The position numbers and the translations under genes were made by a program. Below are positions 24,279-37,930 of a stretch of DNA of 64,000 nt, one piece after another. Source of the DNA: Isurus oxyrinchus. Lineage: Eukaryota. The notes under the pieces are model-generated. The model saw only the letters and a program-made list of their open reading frames with translations. It made no database searches and was not told the DNA's origin. The number at the start of each line of letters is the position of its first letter. The first letter of the stretch is position 1. Location: assembly GCA_026770705.1 (NCBI GenBank), contig JANJGN010000013.1, forward strand, positions 57,536,001-57,600,000, in the 5' to 3' direction.

Positions 24279-25020
24279 ACATTTTACTACTTTAAAAATG
24301 CAATATAAATGCAAGTTGCTGCTTTGATTACTTTCCAGTGAAGCACTTTGGATTTTAATAAGATAATGGGCTGAATTTTCATCCTTGTGGCGGGAACTGG
24401 GAAAATTCCCAGCTTCGTGCATCTGCCTCAAGAAAAGCTGGCTCCAGTGGCATGATCTTCATTGCCAGTCGACTGTTGAGAGCTGCAGTTGAGCCACCTG
24501 ACCCTGGAAACACATTAGAGGCAGAGGCGGGCCCCAATTAGGAAGCGGGCTTTTCATGTCTCATGACCTGTCTTCAGGACCATCCTAAGTCGCTCACTAT
24601 GACAGGAAGAAGGTTGTGAAGGGGTTGCAAGGGAGAAGGCCTCATTACATTGTCATGTCAGTATAAGTTTTAAATGTTGCCCAACTGTTTATTATTGCTG
24701 AAAGATATTGCCGATTAGGAGCCTTCCATAGAAAATCTTAGATGCTGAAGTCTTCCTATTGATAATGTGTAAGGAGTGTCCACACAGCTGACATTCACTG
24801 TTGGCAAGGATCCACCACACCCAGCCATGTAGATGTCAACATCTTTGCAGCTGTAGCAGGTCACGACACTGTACAGCAAGTGGAATGAGCATGGCACATC
24901 AGGGGCCGGTATCAGGGCCCTGCATGCAGATCCTTCATGTCCAGCCACATGGCATTTCATTTGTCACATTTTCAACTATGGGCGCCAGTTATGAAAGTAT
25001 AATAATTCTCATAATATTAT

Positions 25021-25864
25021 TGTGATTTATTGTAAAAGTAGGTTAATAGTGGGGTTTATATAGTTTCTCTATGTGTGTGGGATTTAATTGAATTGGGGAC
25101 AGCTGGCCTGGAGGCTTTTGATTCTTCAGAAATAAGCTAGATTTGAAATGTTAATTATGTAAACATGGCTGAAGTTTTAGAAGGTGAACTGAGGAGAATT
25201 TTCAATTTTAGATGAATCAGGGTAGTGTGAATTTCAAAGAAATGGTAGGATGTTACACCTAGCCAGAGAAGCTATGCCAAGCAGAGTGTTTATTTTCCCC
25301 AAAGGTTACTAATAGTATTAGCACCATGAAAAAATTTATATTATGAGGAAAGTAAAGTTCCAAAGACATATCAGAACAATGGAATTTGCATTAAAAGGTA
25401 TAAACTTGTATAAAGGAGAAGAGGCTATGTGTTAGAGGGGAAGGCATTGTAAGGTTTACCAGAAGTGTGAAAAGCCTCCAGTAGTTATGCATTAGCTGCT
25501 GGGAAAAGCCACTTTGAATTCTACTGTCCAGGGTATTGTGTTGACTTGCCTGAATCTGTTTAAATCTATTTGTTTTTACTGTTGCCTTAATGGGGGTGTA
25601 ACTGGAAGACAGATTAATTAGAGGTTTTAGGAGTTATTATAGAAGTAATTTATAGACCTATGTATGTGCTTAAAACATTTTCTTTTGTTAATAAATGTTT
25701 AGTTTAGTTTTGTAAAAATCTTTAGGGTCTTGATGGACTTATTACTACTGAATTCAGGGCACAGATCTCGAAATGAAAAACAAATTGCAAAATCATTGTG
25801 ACTGCATGATCAAGCTTCCCTCGTGGATTTGACCTGCCTGGCACACATCATCTGTCGCATCACA
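25021..25864 (+). mobile_element. Solo LTR nested in the Harbinger
   Basis: TGTGAT…ATCACA inverted termini, internal AATAAA (~25690), non-coding. Confidence 0.55.
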
Positions 25865-28289
25865 ACAGCACCCAAAAGTACCTCGCCCATATCGTGACAT
25901 CAGCACACTAACCTTGCAGATATGTTTTACTCCTAGGGAGTATTCCAGCAGGGTCCTATAAGCTCCAGACCACCCGATGACATTCTGGGGCACTCCGACA
26001 CAAGCACAGCACACCCAAGCCATGAGCGGAACACCCAACAACATAAGCCTGAGCACTACTTGCGAAGAAAGCTCCAGTAGGCTGTTGCACATGGGTATTC
26101 AATAGTGCAGCAAAAAGAGAGAATTATAACTCATCCATGTGCTTTATTCATTGTCATGGCAGAATGTCCCAGATGGGCAACGTGACTGAGTCTCATGCAG
26201 TAAATGCACCCAGGTGCTGCAACCAGCATCTGGAGAAAGTTGTGCAGGAGGTAGAAGGCCAGAGGGAACACTGTATCTAGCAGGTAGAAGGAACCCCCTC
26301 TGACGTCATGAAGAAAGCTTGTTAGGCAATCGCTGCTTGGTGAGTGCATTACGTGATATGTTTGAACATGGATTCAGTGCTGTAAGAGGTTCAATGACCC
26401 ACTGTGCTCAGGCAAGGTGAGCTGTTTAACTGAAGGGTACACTTGCCTATGGTTTGGGTCTCAGGCGACTGAGACATCAGGTGGGACACAATTTCTGCAT
26501 ACATCACCACCAACAGGGATGACCGGATCTGCATTACACTCTTGTATGTCCAAGCATAAATGGGGTGGCATCTGAATGCCCACTTTGACACATATAGACC
26601 ATGTTCATACCTGGTTGCAGGATTCAGTGTTCCTAAATGTGACTTTATTGTTCATTTACAGGAGAAGAGAGCTCAAAATGCTAAGGCCTGGACAAGGGGT
26701 GGGCAGGTAAACCTAAGGGTGATTCATCCAGTGGAGGGGAGGGCTGAGCAGATAGTGCACGTGCTTTCCCAGCCACTTTAGGAGGTGGTGAATTGCCCAT
26801 TGCAGGTGCCAAAGACTGTTAAAGGCACCTTCAGTTCCATGGTTTTTCAGTACAGGGGTGATGGACTGAGAATAATGGGCAGCTGGCACATGGTAGAGCA
26901 TGAAGGAAGGTTCCAGGCCAAGGCTTCTGCTCGTATGGTTTTTGATCATGACCTGTAACTGCATGTGCACTTACATTGAGCAAGGATTGCATTAATTATC
27001 TCGTGTCTCACACAGATCCCATCATCGCACACCCACCCATCAGAGCCGCAACTTCCCTAGAACATGAGGGGGAGGAAGAAGAGATATCCAAGGAAACATC
27101 ATCCCATCTGACAGGCCAGTACAGATACTAGCACTGCGGAGGGAAGTAGCACACATTTAGAGTCAGTTGTACATGATGAAGGACATAGCACCAGAATGCA
27201 GGAGGAGATGTCTGAGTCTGAAACATTTTTGCACAGTCTCTCTCAGAGGAGAGGGCGGTGATGATAATGCTCTCGCTGGCAGAGGTGGGCCTCAGGAGTC
27301 ACTTTATGGGGCACAGTATTTGATCAGCAACAGCAGATGTGCAGACGTCTGGTGGAGTCCCCCAAGGCAATGCGCACTCAGGCACTGCGAGTGGAGGGAT
27401 CCATGGCAGGGATAAGCTTGATCTTGTCTTGTGGGCTCGACTGCATGAGCCTTCACCATGAGAGACTGGCTAATCACATGGACTGTCACATGCAGCATCA
27501 CTCCGAGCAGACACACAAGCAAAGGGAGCAAAGCTCACTCAGCTGCCTGGAGCAGTCTGTTCAGAGTATAAGCACTGAACTCCATGGAATACATGAGGAG
27601 CTGTGTACCCATAACAGGGAATTCTCACTGGTGGCACAGCAAATGCTGGAATGGATGACTGTTGAGCCTCAGCAGCCCACTCCATACAACCTTTCAGAAA
27701 GCCAATGCAAGGCTGAGAAGGTTCAGGTACTGATGAGGCCTCTGTGAGCAGTTCTGCACCCCCACTTCCACAGCTTCCCCAGCCCCTCTGTCAAAGCCCT
27801 CCTCTGTGCTATGCTCCAGTGACCACAGTGTCTCTGCAGAATTGTGGGTGCCACAGTTTCAGGTAGGTCTCCAAGAAGTACCTGCACAAAAGTAGGCCAT
27901 AACACTCCTCAATGTCTTACAAACGGAGAGGTGAGCAGACTGCCTCCACCTCCTCTGAGGCAACATGGGGGACACCGTGTAGGAGTGTTTGAGCTCAAAA
28001 GATACTGTGCCATTTCAATCACTGCTGGGTTTACATGTAGTGTTGTATCTCTAAAAGTTAATTGTACCTTTTTCATTTTCTGTAAATGCACCATATCAAT
28101 CAAAGGATGGGTGTATTGGTCCATACTTGTTGAGTGGCACATGAAATAACTGGGCAAACATGACCTTACTAGTGTCACTGAAGATTACAGCCAGGAGTCC
28201 ATCCCTCAGTCACCTGACAGTTGTGAAAAGGTTGCTTGTCTGTCATAGTCAAGATGGGTGCTCAGTGAAACTTACACTGTTGATATCAA

Positions 28290-29065
28290 CCATGGGATGT
28301 GGGCATTGTTGGCAAGGTCAGCATCTATCGCTTATCTTTAATTGCCCTTGAGAAGATGGTGGTGAGGTGCCATTTTGAGGTGCTGCAGTCCATGTGGTGT
28401 AGGTACACCCACAGTGTTCTTAGGGAAGCTGTTCCAGGATTTTGCCCCAGCAACAGTGAAGGAATGGTGATATATTTCCAAGTCAAAATTTTGTGTGGCT
28501 TGGTGGGGGCATTGCAGGTGGTGGTATTCCCATATATCTGCTGCCTTGTCGTTCTAGGCAGTAGAGATCGCGGGTTTGGTAGGTGCTGTTGATGGATCCT
28601 TGATGAATCGTTGCTGTGGATCTTGTGGAACACACTGCTGCCACTGTGTGTTGGTAGTGGAGGGAGAGGACATTTAAGATACAAAATGGGGTCCCGATCA
28701 AGCAGGCTACTTTGCCCTGGATGGTATTGAGCTTCTTGTTGTTGTTGGAGCTGCACTCATCCAGTCAAGTGGAGAATATTCCATCACACTCCCCATTTAT
28801 GCCATGTAGATGGTGGACAGGCTTTGGGAAGTTGGGAGGTAAGTTACTCAGCCAGATTTCCCGGCCTCTAACCTGCTCTTGTAGCCGCAGTACTCATATG
28901 GCTGCTCTAATTCAGTTTCTGTCAATTGTAAGCTCCTAGGATGTTGCTAGTGTGGGATTCAGCGATGGTAATACCATTGAATGTCAAGGGAGATGGTTAA
29001 ATTCTCTTATGCTGGAGATGATAACTGCCTGGCATTTGTGTAGCATGAATGTTACTTTATGCTGC
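28290..29065 (-). mobile_element. CR1-clade LINE 3' fragment
   Basis: Homologous to 10070-10860. Confidence 0.85.
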
Positions 29066-29679
29066 CCAGTTTTGAGATGCAGTGTTTCTGTGGGGGCATC
29101 CATCATATTTGCCTGTCCTGAGTCTCAACTTGCACTGCACAGGAGCTCTCTTGACATAGATGCCAGGTTTTGCTTACTGACTAGTCACTGTCGATTTTGC
29201 AGCCTCCAAAAATCACTTGCAGGCCCTTCTGTTGCAAAGCATCTCAAGTCTGTCCCTATGGATGGCTGAATGCAGACTTATGAAGAAAAAGATTTTAGCC
29301 ATTGTGATCCATCTCAAGGACACTTGTAGGTTTTCACTCTTGTTAGGGAATGGTCACCCCCTGGAAGATGTGAGGTACATATGGTCTCAAAGGCACTTGG
29401 CAGCCATTTGCTTCCAAGGGTGCATCTATATCCTCAATGTTGCTTAGGAGAACCACCTCTATATTAGGTGCTCCCTGTTGACTATGGCGTCTTGCGCTGA
29501 GCTGATTTTTTTAGGTACCCAGGCATACCATCCTTAATTTTCCTCATTGTCCCCCTCATCCTCTTGATTGTCCTCCTTGCTTGCATCTTCATCTGAGGCA
29601 GATGGTTCCACCTCTTTTGCCAGTCTACTTCTCTTGGCTCTGGATTTTGAACCCGTACACCCCATCACTGCATTTATAT

Positions 29680-29947
29680 TCATTCATGGGATGTAGGCAT
29701 CACTGGCCATTTATTGGCTGTCCCTCATTGAGAGGGTATTTTTTTAAAGAGTGGGTCTGAAGTCACATGTAGGCCAGACCAGGTAGGCACAGCAGATTGC
29801 CTTCCCTAAAGGGCATGGTTTCATTTCTTTTAATTCCAGGCTTTTATTGAATTCAAATTTCACCACATGTTGTGTAGGATTTGAATCTGGGTCCCCAGAG
29901 CATCACCCTGGGTCTCTGGAATACTAGCCCAGTGACAATACCAGTGT
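29680..29947 (-). mobile_element. tRNA-derived SINE (internally deleted)
   Basis: Reverse complement of the SINE head and tail seen at 22888 and 61824. Confidence 0.8.
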
Positions 29948-30389
29948 CTCCTAGTGTCCAGCCTCCCTGGAGTCCTGGCTTCAAACTGAACTCAAAACTG
30001 CTAGTTTTTCTGTGTGTGTCTGTGGGAGGGGCCTGCCTCTCTGGACCCCTGTTTCTAGGCAACAGCATAGCCTCTCTTGTTTGTTTAACTTAGCTGCCAC
30101 AGCTGTAAAACACTCATTCAAAATGCAGGCATCTTTAAAAGTGAAACTAAAACTCAATTTGACCTTTCATAACACAGAGGTACAGAAGTACGAATCAAAC
30201 TTAAAACATTAAAGATAAAACTCATTCCTAACACCCACAAATGCAAATATAACTTATTTAAACTGTCTCTATTTCCTAACAGCATTTACCTATATAATTA
30301 TTTTTAATGCTGTACAATACCCATGGTGCTGCTTAGGAGTTTTCCTGAATAAGGAGATATTAGAACCAAAAGTTTAGACAAAGACACAG

Positions 30390-33300
30390 GCAGACAGAAT
30401 GGAAAAGGAGGAGGAGTAGCCCTGAGAATAAAGGATGACATAAGGGAAGGAGCGAGAAAAGACTTTGGCTCAGAAGATCAGGAAGCAGAATCAGTTTGGG
30501 TGAAAATTAAGAATAACAAGGGTCAGAAAGCACTGGCGGGCAATTATAGCTCCTTAATAATTGTTATGCTGTTGGGCAGAGCATTAAGCAAGAATTTGCT
30601 TAAGGCAATGGAATAAGCAAGTAAGCATGCAAGTACAGCAAGTCATTATGAACGCAAATGGAATGTTGACCTTTTTTGCAACGGGAAGTATAAAGGTAGG
30701 AACGTCTTACTATAACCGTACATGTCTTTGGTGAGGCCACACCTAGAATACTGTGTACAGTCTTAGTCTCCTCACGTAAGAAGTGCTATACTTGCATTGG
30801 ATACAGTTCAGAGAAGGTTCACTAGGCTGATTTCTGTGATGAAGGAATTGTCTTAGGAGGGAAGGCCAAGCAGGTTAGGCCTGTACTCATTGGAGTTTAA
30901 AAGAATGAGAAGTGATCTTATTGAAACAAAAGGTTCTAAGGAGGCTCATGGGGGAATTCTAAAACTAGGGGTATTTGCACGGTTTACAAATAAAGTGCCT
31001 CCCATTTAAGACAGAAATGAAGCAAAATTTCTCCTCTTAGAGGGTCATTAATCTTTGGAATTCCCCAGAGATCATTTGAGGCTGGGTCATTTAGCCAGAA
31101 TGTTGACCCACTGGGGAGTCAAGGGTTATTGGGGACTGCCTGAAAAGTGAAGTTAAGGCCACAATCATATCAGCTGTGATCCTATTGAATGGTGGATCCG
31201 GCTTGAAGTGCCGAATGGCCTACTCCTGCTACTATTTCTTATGATCTTATGCGGCACATTAGTCTTCATACAGACTGGAAAAATTAAATTTTCGAAGGTA
31301 ATTTGGAAAATGAGTTGGTAGAATGCTTTCAAAACAGTTTCCTGGAACAATATGTTGTACCAGCTAGGGATAAAGTTATTTCAGATCTAGTGTATTATGG
31401 CTGGGTTAATTACTAATCTCATAGCAAAAGGTCCTCTGGGAATAAGTGATCACAATACAATTACATTCCACTTTAAGTTTGAAAGCAACATATTCCAGTC
31501 CGAAACAAAACACTTACACTTAAAAGAAGCCAATTACATAGGCATTAGGGAAAAGCCGGCTAAGGTTGATTAGGTAAATAGACTTATGGCAGTAAATAAA
31601 GAGTGGGAAAAATTCAAAGAAACAATTCAAAATGTTCACAAAAATGCATTCCATTAAAAAGACCTCAACAAGGAATATCCATTCATGGCTTACCAGGGAA
31701 GTTAAGGATGGTATTAGATTAAAAGAAGAGGCTTACACTGTTGCAGAGAATAGTACTAAGACTGAGGATTGGGAAGCCAACAATTGGTGACCAAATTTGA
31801 TAAAAAGAGAAAAAATACAATATGAGAGTAAATTAACAAGGAACAAAAAAAAAGGATTATCACAGCTTTTACAAGTATATAAAAAGGAGAGTACAGAAAT
31901 AAATGTTGGTTCCTTAGAGGCAGTGACAGCAGAGATTATCTTGGGGAATGAAGAAATGAAAGGGACATTGAACAAATAACTTGTGTCTAAAGGCACAAGT
32001 TACATACCAGAAATAAGGATTAACCAAGAAACTAATACAAGTGAGCAAGGAACTTAAGGTCACTAATATTCGTACAGAAAAAATATCGAAAAATCCAACA
32101 TTCCCCCCAGACCTGATGGACTATATCCTAAGATTCTAAAAGAGGCAGTGGCAGAGATAGGCTCTGATATACAGGTTATGACTTTCGAAACTCTCTAGAT
32201 TCTAGAATGGTGCCAGTGGATCGAAAGTTAACGAATGTAATGTTCCAAAGGCATCTGATAAGGTGCCACAGAAAAGGTTATTATGCAAGAGAAGGGCTCA
32301 TGGAGTTGGGGGTGATATCTTAACGCGGATGGAAGATTAATGAATGGACAGGAAGCAGACAGTAGGGATAAACAGAGCATTTTCAAGTTGGCAGGCTGTA
32401 ACTAGTGGAGTGCCACGTAGATTAGTACTGTGGCCTCAGCTATTTACAATTTATACTAATGAGTTAGATGAAGAGCCCTAGAGTAATGCATCTATATTTG
32501 CTGATGATACAAAGCTAGGTGTGAATGTAAACTGTGAGAGCAATGCAAAGAGGCTGTAAAGTGATGCAGACAGATGAAGCAAATGAGCAACAAGGTGGGA
32601 GATGGATTATAATATGGGGAAGTTTGAGGTTATTCACATAAAAAACTGAATATTTTTTTCAAAGGAGTGAAACATTTTCATATTGTTATTTAGAGAGAGG
32701 GTGCAACAACCAATTGGGAAGGCAAATGGCATGCTGGCCTCTATTGCAAGGGTTTGGAGTACAAGAAGGAGGTCTTGCTAAATTATATAGGGCTTTGCTA
32801 AGACCACACTTGGAGTACTGTGTGCAGTTTTGGTCTCCATATATACTTGCGTTGGAGGTAATACAGTGAAAGCTCACTAGATTGGTTCCTGAAAGAGTTG
32901 TCCTATGAGAGGCTGAGTGAATTGGGCCTGTACTCCCTGGAGTTTAGAAGTATGAGGGGTGATCACATTGAAGCATACAGCAGGCCAAATGGGATTAACA
33001 GAAGTACTCAGCGACACTCAGAGGTTGCTTCCCACAGCCTCAGGATAAGAGGTCAGTCATTTTGGACTGAGATGAAGAGAAACTTTATCACTTAGAGGAT
33101 TGCAAATTATTGGAATTGGCCAACCCAGAAGATGTGGATATTCAATCATTGAGTGTGTTTAAGATTGAAATTTTTAATCTCTCAGGGAATCAAAGGATAT
33201 GGGGAATGGACAGGAAATTGGTGTTGAGGTAGAAGATTAGTCAAGATTGTACTGAATGGTGGAGAAGGCTCAAAGGGCTGAATGGTCTACCCTTGCTGAA
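30390..33300 (+). mobile_element. Old CR1 LINE (EN-RT-tail) with a nested CR1 3' end at ~30620-31230
   Basis: Decayed motifs ggagtgccac, tttgctgatgatacaaag (FADDTK), LGLYSLEFRSMRGD. Confidence 0.8.
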
Positions 33301-33689
33301 TTTAATGTTTTAAAATTTAAAAAATTTATTTCCATACAATTCACGCACGATAGAAATGATCATGATTATAGTTCTTATGGCACTTGTGAGATTCAAATTC
33401 ATCAATACTTATAATTTGTTATTGCATGTTTGTACGGGATAGGAAGATCATAATCACTAGGTTGAAGGCTGAGTCCTCTTGACGGAAATAAAGGGAGAGA
33501 GAAATAGAGAGATATATGAGTCATGACGCATTGATAGAAAAGAAAGTTAGAAAGCTGAATTCTCATGTTATACGTTGAGATAATTACAGTTGATTACCAT
33601 ATATGAGTTTACACATTTACAATGTAAGTGCTGATTTAAATGGAGAGAAAGAAGGACGATATTGGGAGCAGTGTTTGAGATTTTGAAGA

Positions 33690-35145
33690 AATTTCTCCTC
33701 ATCTCAGTCCTAAATGGTCTACTCCATATCCTCAGACTGTGAACCCTGGTTCTGAACTCCCCACCATTGGGAACATCCTTCCTGCATCTGCCCTGCCTAG
33801 TCCTGTTAGAATTTTATAGGGTTCTATGAGATCCCCCTCATTCTCCTGAACTCCAGCGAATATAATCCTAACCGACTCAATCTTTCTTCATGTGCCAGTC
33901 CTGCCATCCCAGGAATCAGTCTGGTAAACCTTCGCTGCACTCTCTCTATGACAAGAACATCCTTCTTCAGATAAGGAAACCAAAACTGCACACAATATTC
34001 CATGTATGTTCTCATCTAGGCCCTGTATAATTGCAGCAAGACAACTCTGCTCCTGTACTCAAATCCTCTCTCTATCAAGGCCAACATACCATTTGCCTTC
34101 TTTCCAGCCTGCTGCACCTGCATGCTTACCTTCAGCGACTGGTGTACAAAGACACCAGGTCTCGTTGCACATTCCCCTGTCTCAATTTATAGCCATTCAG
34201 ATAATAATCTGCCTTTCTGTTTTTGCTACAAAAATGGATAACCTCACATTTATCCACATTGTACTGCATCTGCCATGCATTTGTCCGCTCACTCAGCTTG
34301 TCCAAATCACACTGAAGCATCTCTGCATCCTTCTCACAGCTCACTGAACTTTGTGTCATCTGCAAATTTGGAGATATTACATTTAGTTCCCTCATCTAAT
34401 TCATTAATATATATTGTGAATAGCTGGGGCCCCAGCACCAATCCCTGCGGTACCCCACTAGTCATTGCCTGCCATCCAGAAAAAGACCCGTTTATTCCTA
34501 CTCTTTGTTTCCTGTCTGCCAACCAGTTTTCTATCCATCTCAAGACACTACCCCCAATCCCATGCGCTTTAATTTTACATGCCAATCTCTTATGTGGGAC
34601 TTTGTCAAAAACCTTCTGAAAGTCCAAATAAACCACATCTACTGGTTCCCACCCATCAACTCTACTAGTTACATCCTCAAAAAATTCCAGTTGATTTATC
34701 AAGCATGATTTCCCTTTCGTAAATCCATGCTGACTCTGTCCGATTCTGCCACTGTTTTCCAAGTGCTTAGCTATTAAATCTTTTCTAATGGACTCTAGAA
34801 TTTTTCCCACTACCAATGTCAGGCTGGCTGGTCTGTTTTCTCTCTACCTCCCTTTTTAAATAGTGGGGTTACATTAGCTACCATCCAATCTGTAGGAACT
34901 GTTCCAGAGTCTATAGAATCTCAGAAGATGACCACCAATGCATCCATTATTTCTAGGGCCACTTCCTTAAGTACTCTGGGATGTAGATTACCAGGCCCTG
35001 GAGATTTATCGGCCTTCAATCCTGTCAATTTCTCCAACACCATTTCCCTACTAATACTGATTTCTTTCTGTTCCTCCCTGTCACTAAACCCTATGTTCCC
35101 CAACATTTCTGGTATGTCATTTGAGTCCTCCTTTGTGAAGACAGG
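33690..35145 (-). mobile_element. CR1 LINE RT fragment
   Basis: ORF 34334-34816 YLDFQKVFDKVPH, SGVPQGLVLGP, FADDTK. Confidence 0.92.
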
Positions 35146-35714
35146 ATGGTTGATGATGAGTACACAAAGCTCAATGAAGTAATTTGTGAAAAATGTAATA
35201 TATAGAAAAATATCAAAGAGTGACCGAGAAAAGGTTAAGGGTTGACATTGCTAGTATACAAGAACTGTTAGACAGAAAGAAGATCTTTGAGATAAAATGG
35301 TTCAAGGCAAGTCACCAACTATTGGACTGCATTATTAAAAGGAATTCTTGTTTGAAAAAATTGTTTTAGATCCTAGAAGAGGGCTGTTTTTTTATTATGA
35401 TGGGTTATACAAAATATGGAAAATCCTTTTATCTTTGATTTGCTTTGTAATTGTGTGTGTTATAAAGTTTTTGTTTGAAGATAAAAGGAGTATCTTTTAA
35501 TGGTATATTAATTATATTGTTAAAATAGACAGGTGAAGGGTATTGTTTAATTAAATACCTAGAGCATTTATAAAGAGAGACTGCTGAGATTTTGGGGTAA
35601 TGGGTATCATCCAGACATATGTAAATAAACCTAATATCAAAAAAAGGATTGGTGTCTAGTTTCATACTGCACCATCTGGCTTGAAATCAGGTTAAAAACA
35701 TCAAATTTACAAAT

Positions 35715-36890
35715 CATGGAAGATAGGAGGCTAGCCAAGAGTTGACTGGAATATTCATGTTTAGAGGTAACAAAGGCATGGATGAGAGTTTCAGTTGTAA
35801 ATGACCTGAGGCAGGTGTGGGGTTGGGTGTTATTACAGAGATAGAAATAGGTAGTCTGAGTGATGGCATGGATATCTGACTGGAAGCCCTTCTGGGGTCA
35901 CATATAATATCAACATTGCAAACTGTCTGGTTCACCTTCAGACAGTTGCCATGGAGAGGGATGGAGTTGGTAAATGGGGAACAGAGTCTGTATTGGGAAT
36001 TGAATACAATAGCTTCAGTCTTCCCACTAATTCATTTTGGAGGATATTCCTGTTCTTCCAGAACTGGATTTTTGACAAGCAGTCTGATAAAATAACAACA
36101 GTGCAAGGGCTGGAGAGGTTATGGTGACATAGAGCTGGCTACTTTTAACGTGCATAGGAAAGTTGACACAATGTTTGTGGTTGGTGTTGCTGATGGACAG
36201 TATGAGAAATAGGAGGATTCCAAGGATAGATCATTGAATGACACCCAGGGTAATGGTGCAGGAACAGGGAGTGAAGCTTTTGCAGATGATTCTCAGGCTA
36301 TGAACCAATAAATACAGTCCCTCTAGCTGGAGGTTGTTAGAGAAGCATTGGAAGAGGATGACATGGTCCACAATGTTCAAAGGCTGCAGGCAGATGAAGG
36401 AGCACAAGGAGGGAGAGTTTACTTTGTCACACTCACTTTGGTTGTTATATGTGACTTTGCTAATAACTGTTTAGGTGCTGTGACAGGGACAGAAACCTGA
36501 TTGGAGAGATTCAAAAATGAAGTTCCAGGAAAGATGGGCACTCAGTTAAGAGGCGACAATGCATTCGGAGTCTTTGGTAAAGAGAAGGAGGTTGGAGATG
36601 GGGCAATAGTTTGCAAGGATGGTGGTGTCAGGATTTATTTTAAAGGAGAAATGGTGATGGCAAATTTCAAGGAGAGATGGACTTTACTTGAAAGGGGAGA
36701 AACATTAACAATATCAGTTAACATTGAGACCAGAAAGGGAGGGTGTGTGGTCAACAGTTTTATGGAAGTATGATCAAGGCAGCAGGAAGTGGGCCTCATG
36801 GACATAATAAGTTCAGAACAGGAGTGAGGAACTATCACAGTGAAACTAGGGCAAGATCTGAGTTCAGAGATAGGCAAAGACAAGTTATTT
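35715..36890 (-). mobile_element. L2-like LINE fragment
   Basis: ORF 36635-36883 MRPTSCCLDHTSIKLLTT…MLTDIVN…KFAITISPLK, typical of the L2 pre-RT region. Confidence 0.7.
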
Positions 36891-37499
36891 AAATGTTAGG
36901 ATGTAAACTTTAAAATTGAGACATTGTGGAACAACAATCATCTGACTCAATTATTGCTGAGTGTTCCATTAAATTATAGTGCAGTTTATCTAAATGTATT
37001 TCCAAATAGCAATTTGCTTTATTAAACCTTTCACTCGGAGAAGTGGCCATTAATGGGTTTGGCAGCTTTTCACTGAGAGGTGCAGCCAAAGTAGTGGTGA
37101 ATTACATTTCACTCAGGGAGTCCAAGTTGCTGTAGCACAAGCATTTTTAAATATAAGTTGTAATTTGCACCTATGGATAGTGATGGTAGATGCTCCACAT
37201 CCTTTCTACCACATGACTGATGAGGAATCTCTCCCACTCTTACTGCCTGCAATTGGTGTGAGTTGGAAGGTTTTGCAAGTCGATATTCAAACTATTTGGC
37301 TATGTTATGAATGCACCTTCCTTGGCCAACAAGTCCTGGCATGGGACTCAAACCCAGAGCCTCTGGCTCAGAGGGAGGGATGCTACCTGCCTAACAATAA
37401 GACCTCCTTATACAGTCAAAGTACATGCCTGAAACAAGTGATGTGCCTCTTTCCCATGCCAATAGTGTTGTCCTGGCATAGTTATGACTAATATTTCAA

Positions 37500-37930
37500 T
37501 GTTAAGGGCCAGATGGGCTTAGCTTACTTCTACTCATGCATATTAAGGCTCTGCCAGAAAGAATAGAAGCATATGAAGAAACAGGAATGCTCCCTATGGA
37601 TTCACAAAAATATTCCAGGGTCCTGACAAGGTCATGCATGGATTTGAATGCAAGGAGGAGAATATTAAATTGGAGGTGGTGTTGCACTGGGGGTCAATTT
37701 AGTTCAGAAGGCAAAGGGGTGAACAGGGCTTGGTGCCAGTTGGATAATGCGCAATGTAGATTTAGATAAGCTGAATGGTGGAAGATGTGAAAATGGCCAG
37801 TAGAGTATTGGGATAGTGGAATCTGGGAATACCAAAATCAGGAATGAGGGTTTTAGCAATAGAAGGCAGGGTCAGAGACACACAGTACTGCTGGGGTCTA
37901 AATTGGTGTACTTTGTGATGGAGATCATGT
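37500..37930 (-). mobile_element. L2-like LINE 3' fragment
   Basis: ORF 37502-37687 QHHLQFNILLLAFKSMHDL (L2 C-terminal motif). Confidence 0.6.

Larger units (their letters stand above)
24368..29670. mobile_element. Degraded PIF/Harbinger transposon: Myb/SANT-like gene on +, transposase C-terminus on -
   Basis: 26200-26416 NAPRCCNQHLEKVVQEV…TWIQCCKRFND…K|gtgag, then acceptor ttacag|EKRAQNAKAWTRGGQ (26662). Minus strand ~29445-29640 gives acidic SDEDASKEDNQEDEGDNEEN…REHLI*RWFS*. Left end GGGCTGAATTTT resembles the MITE TIR at 39703. Confidence 0.65.
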
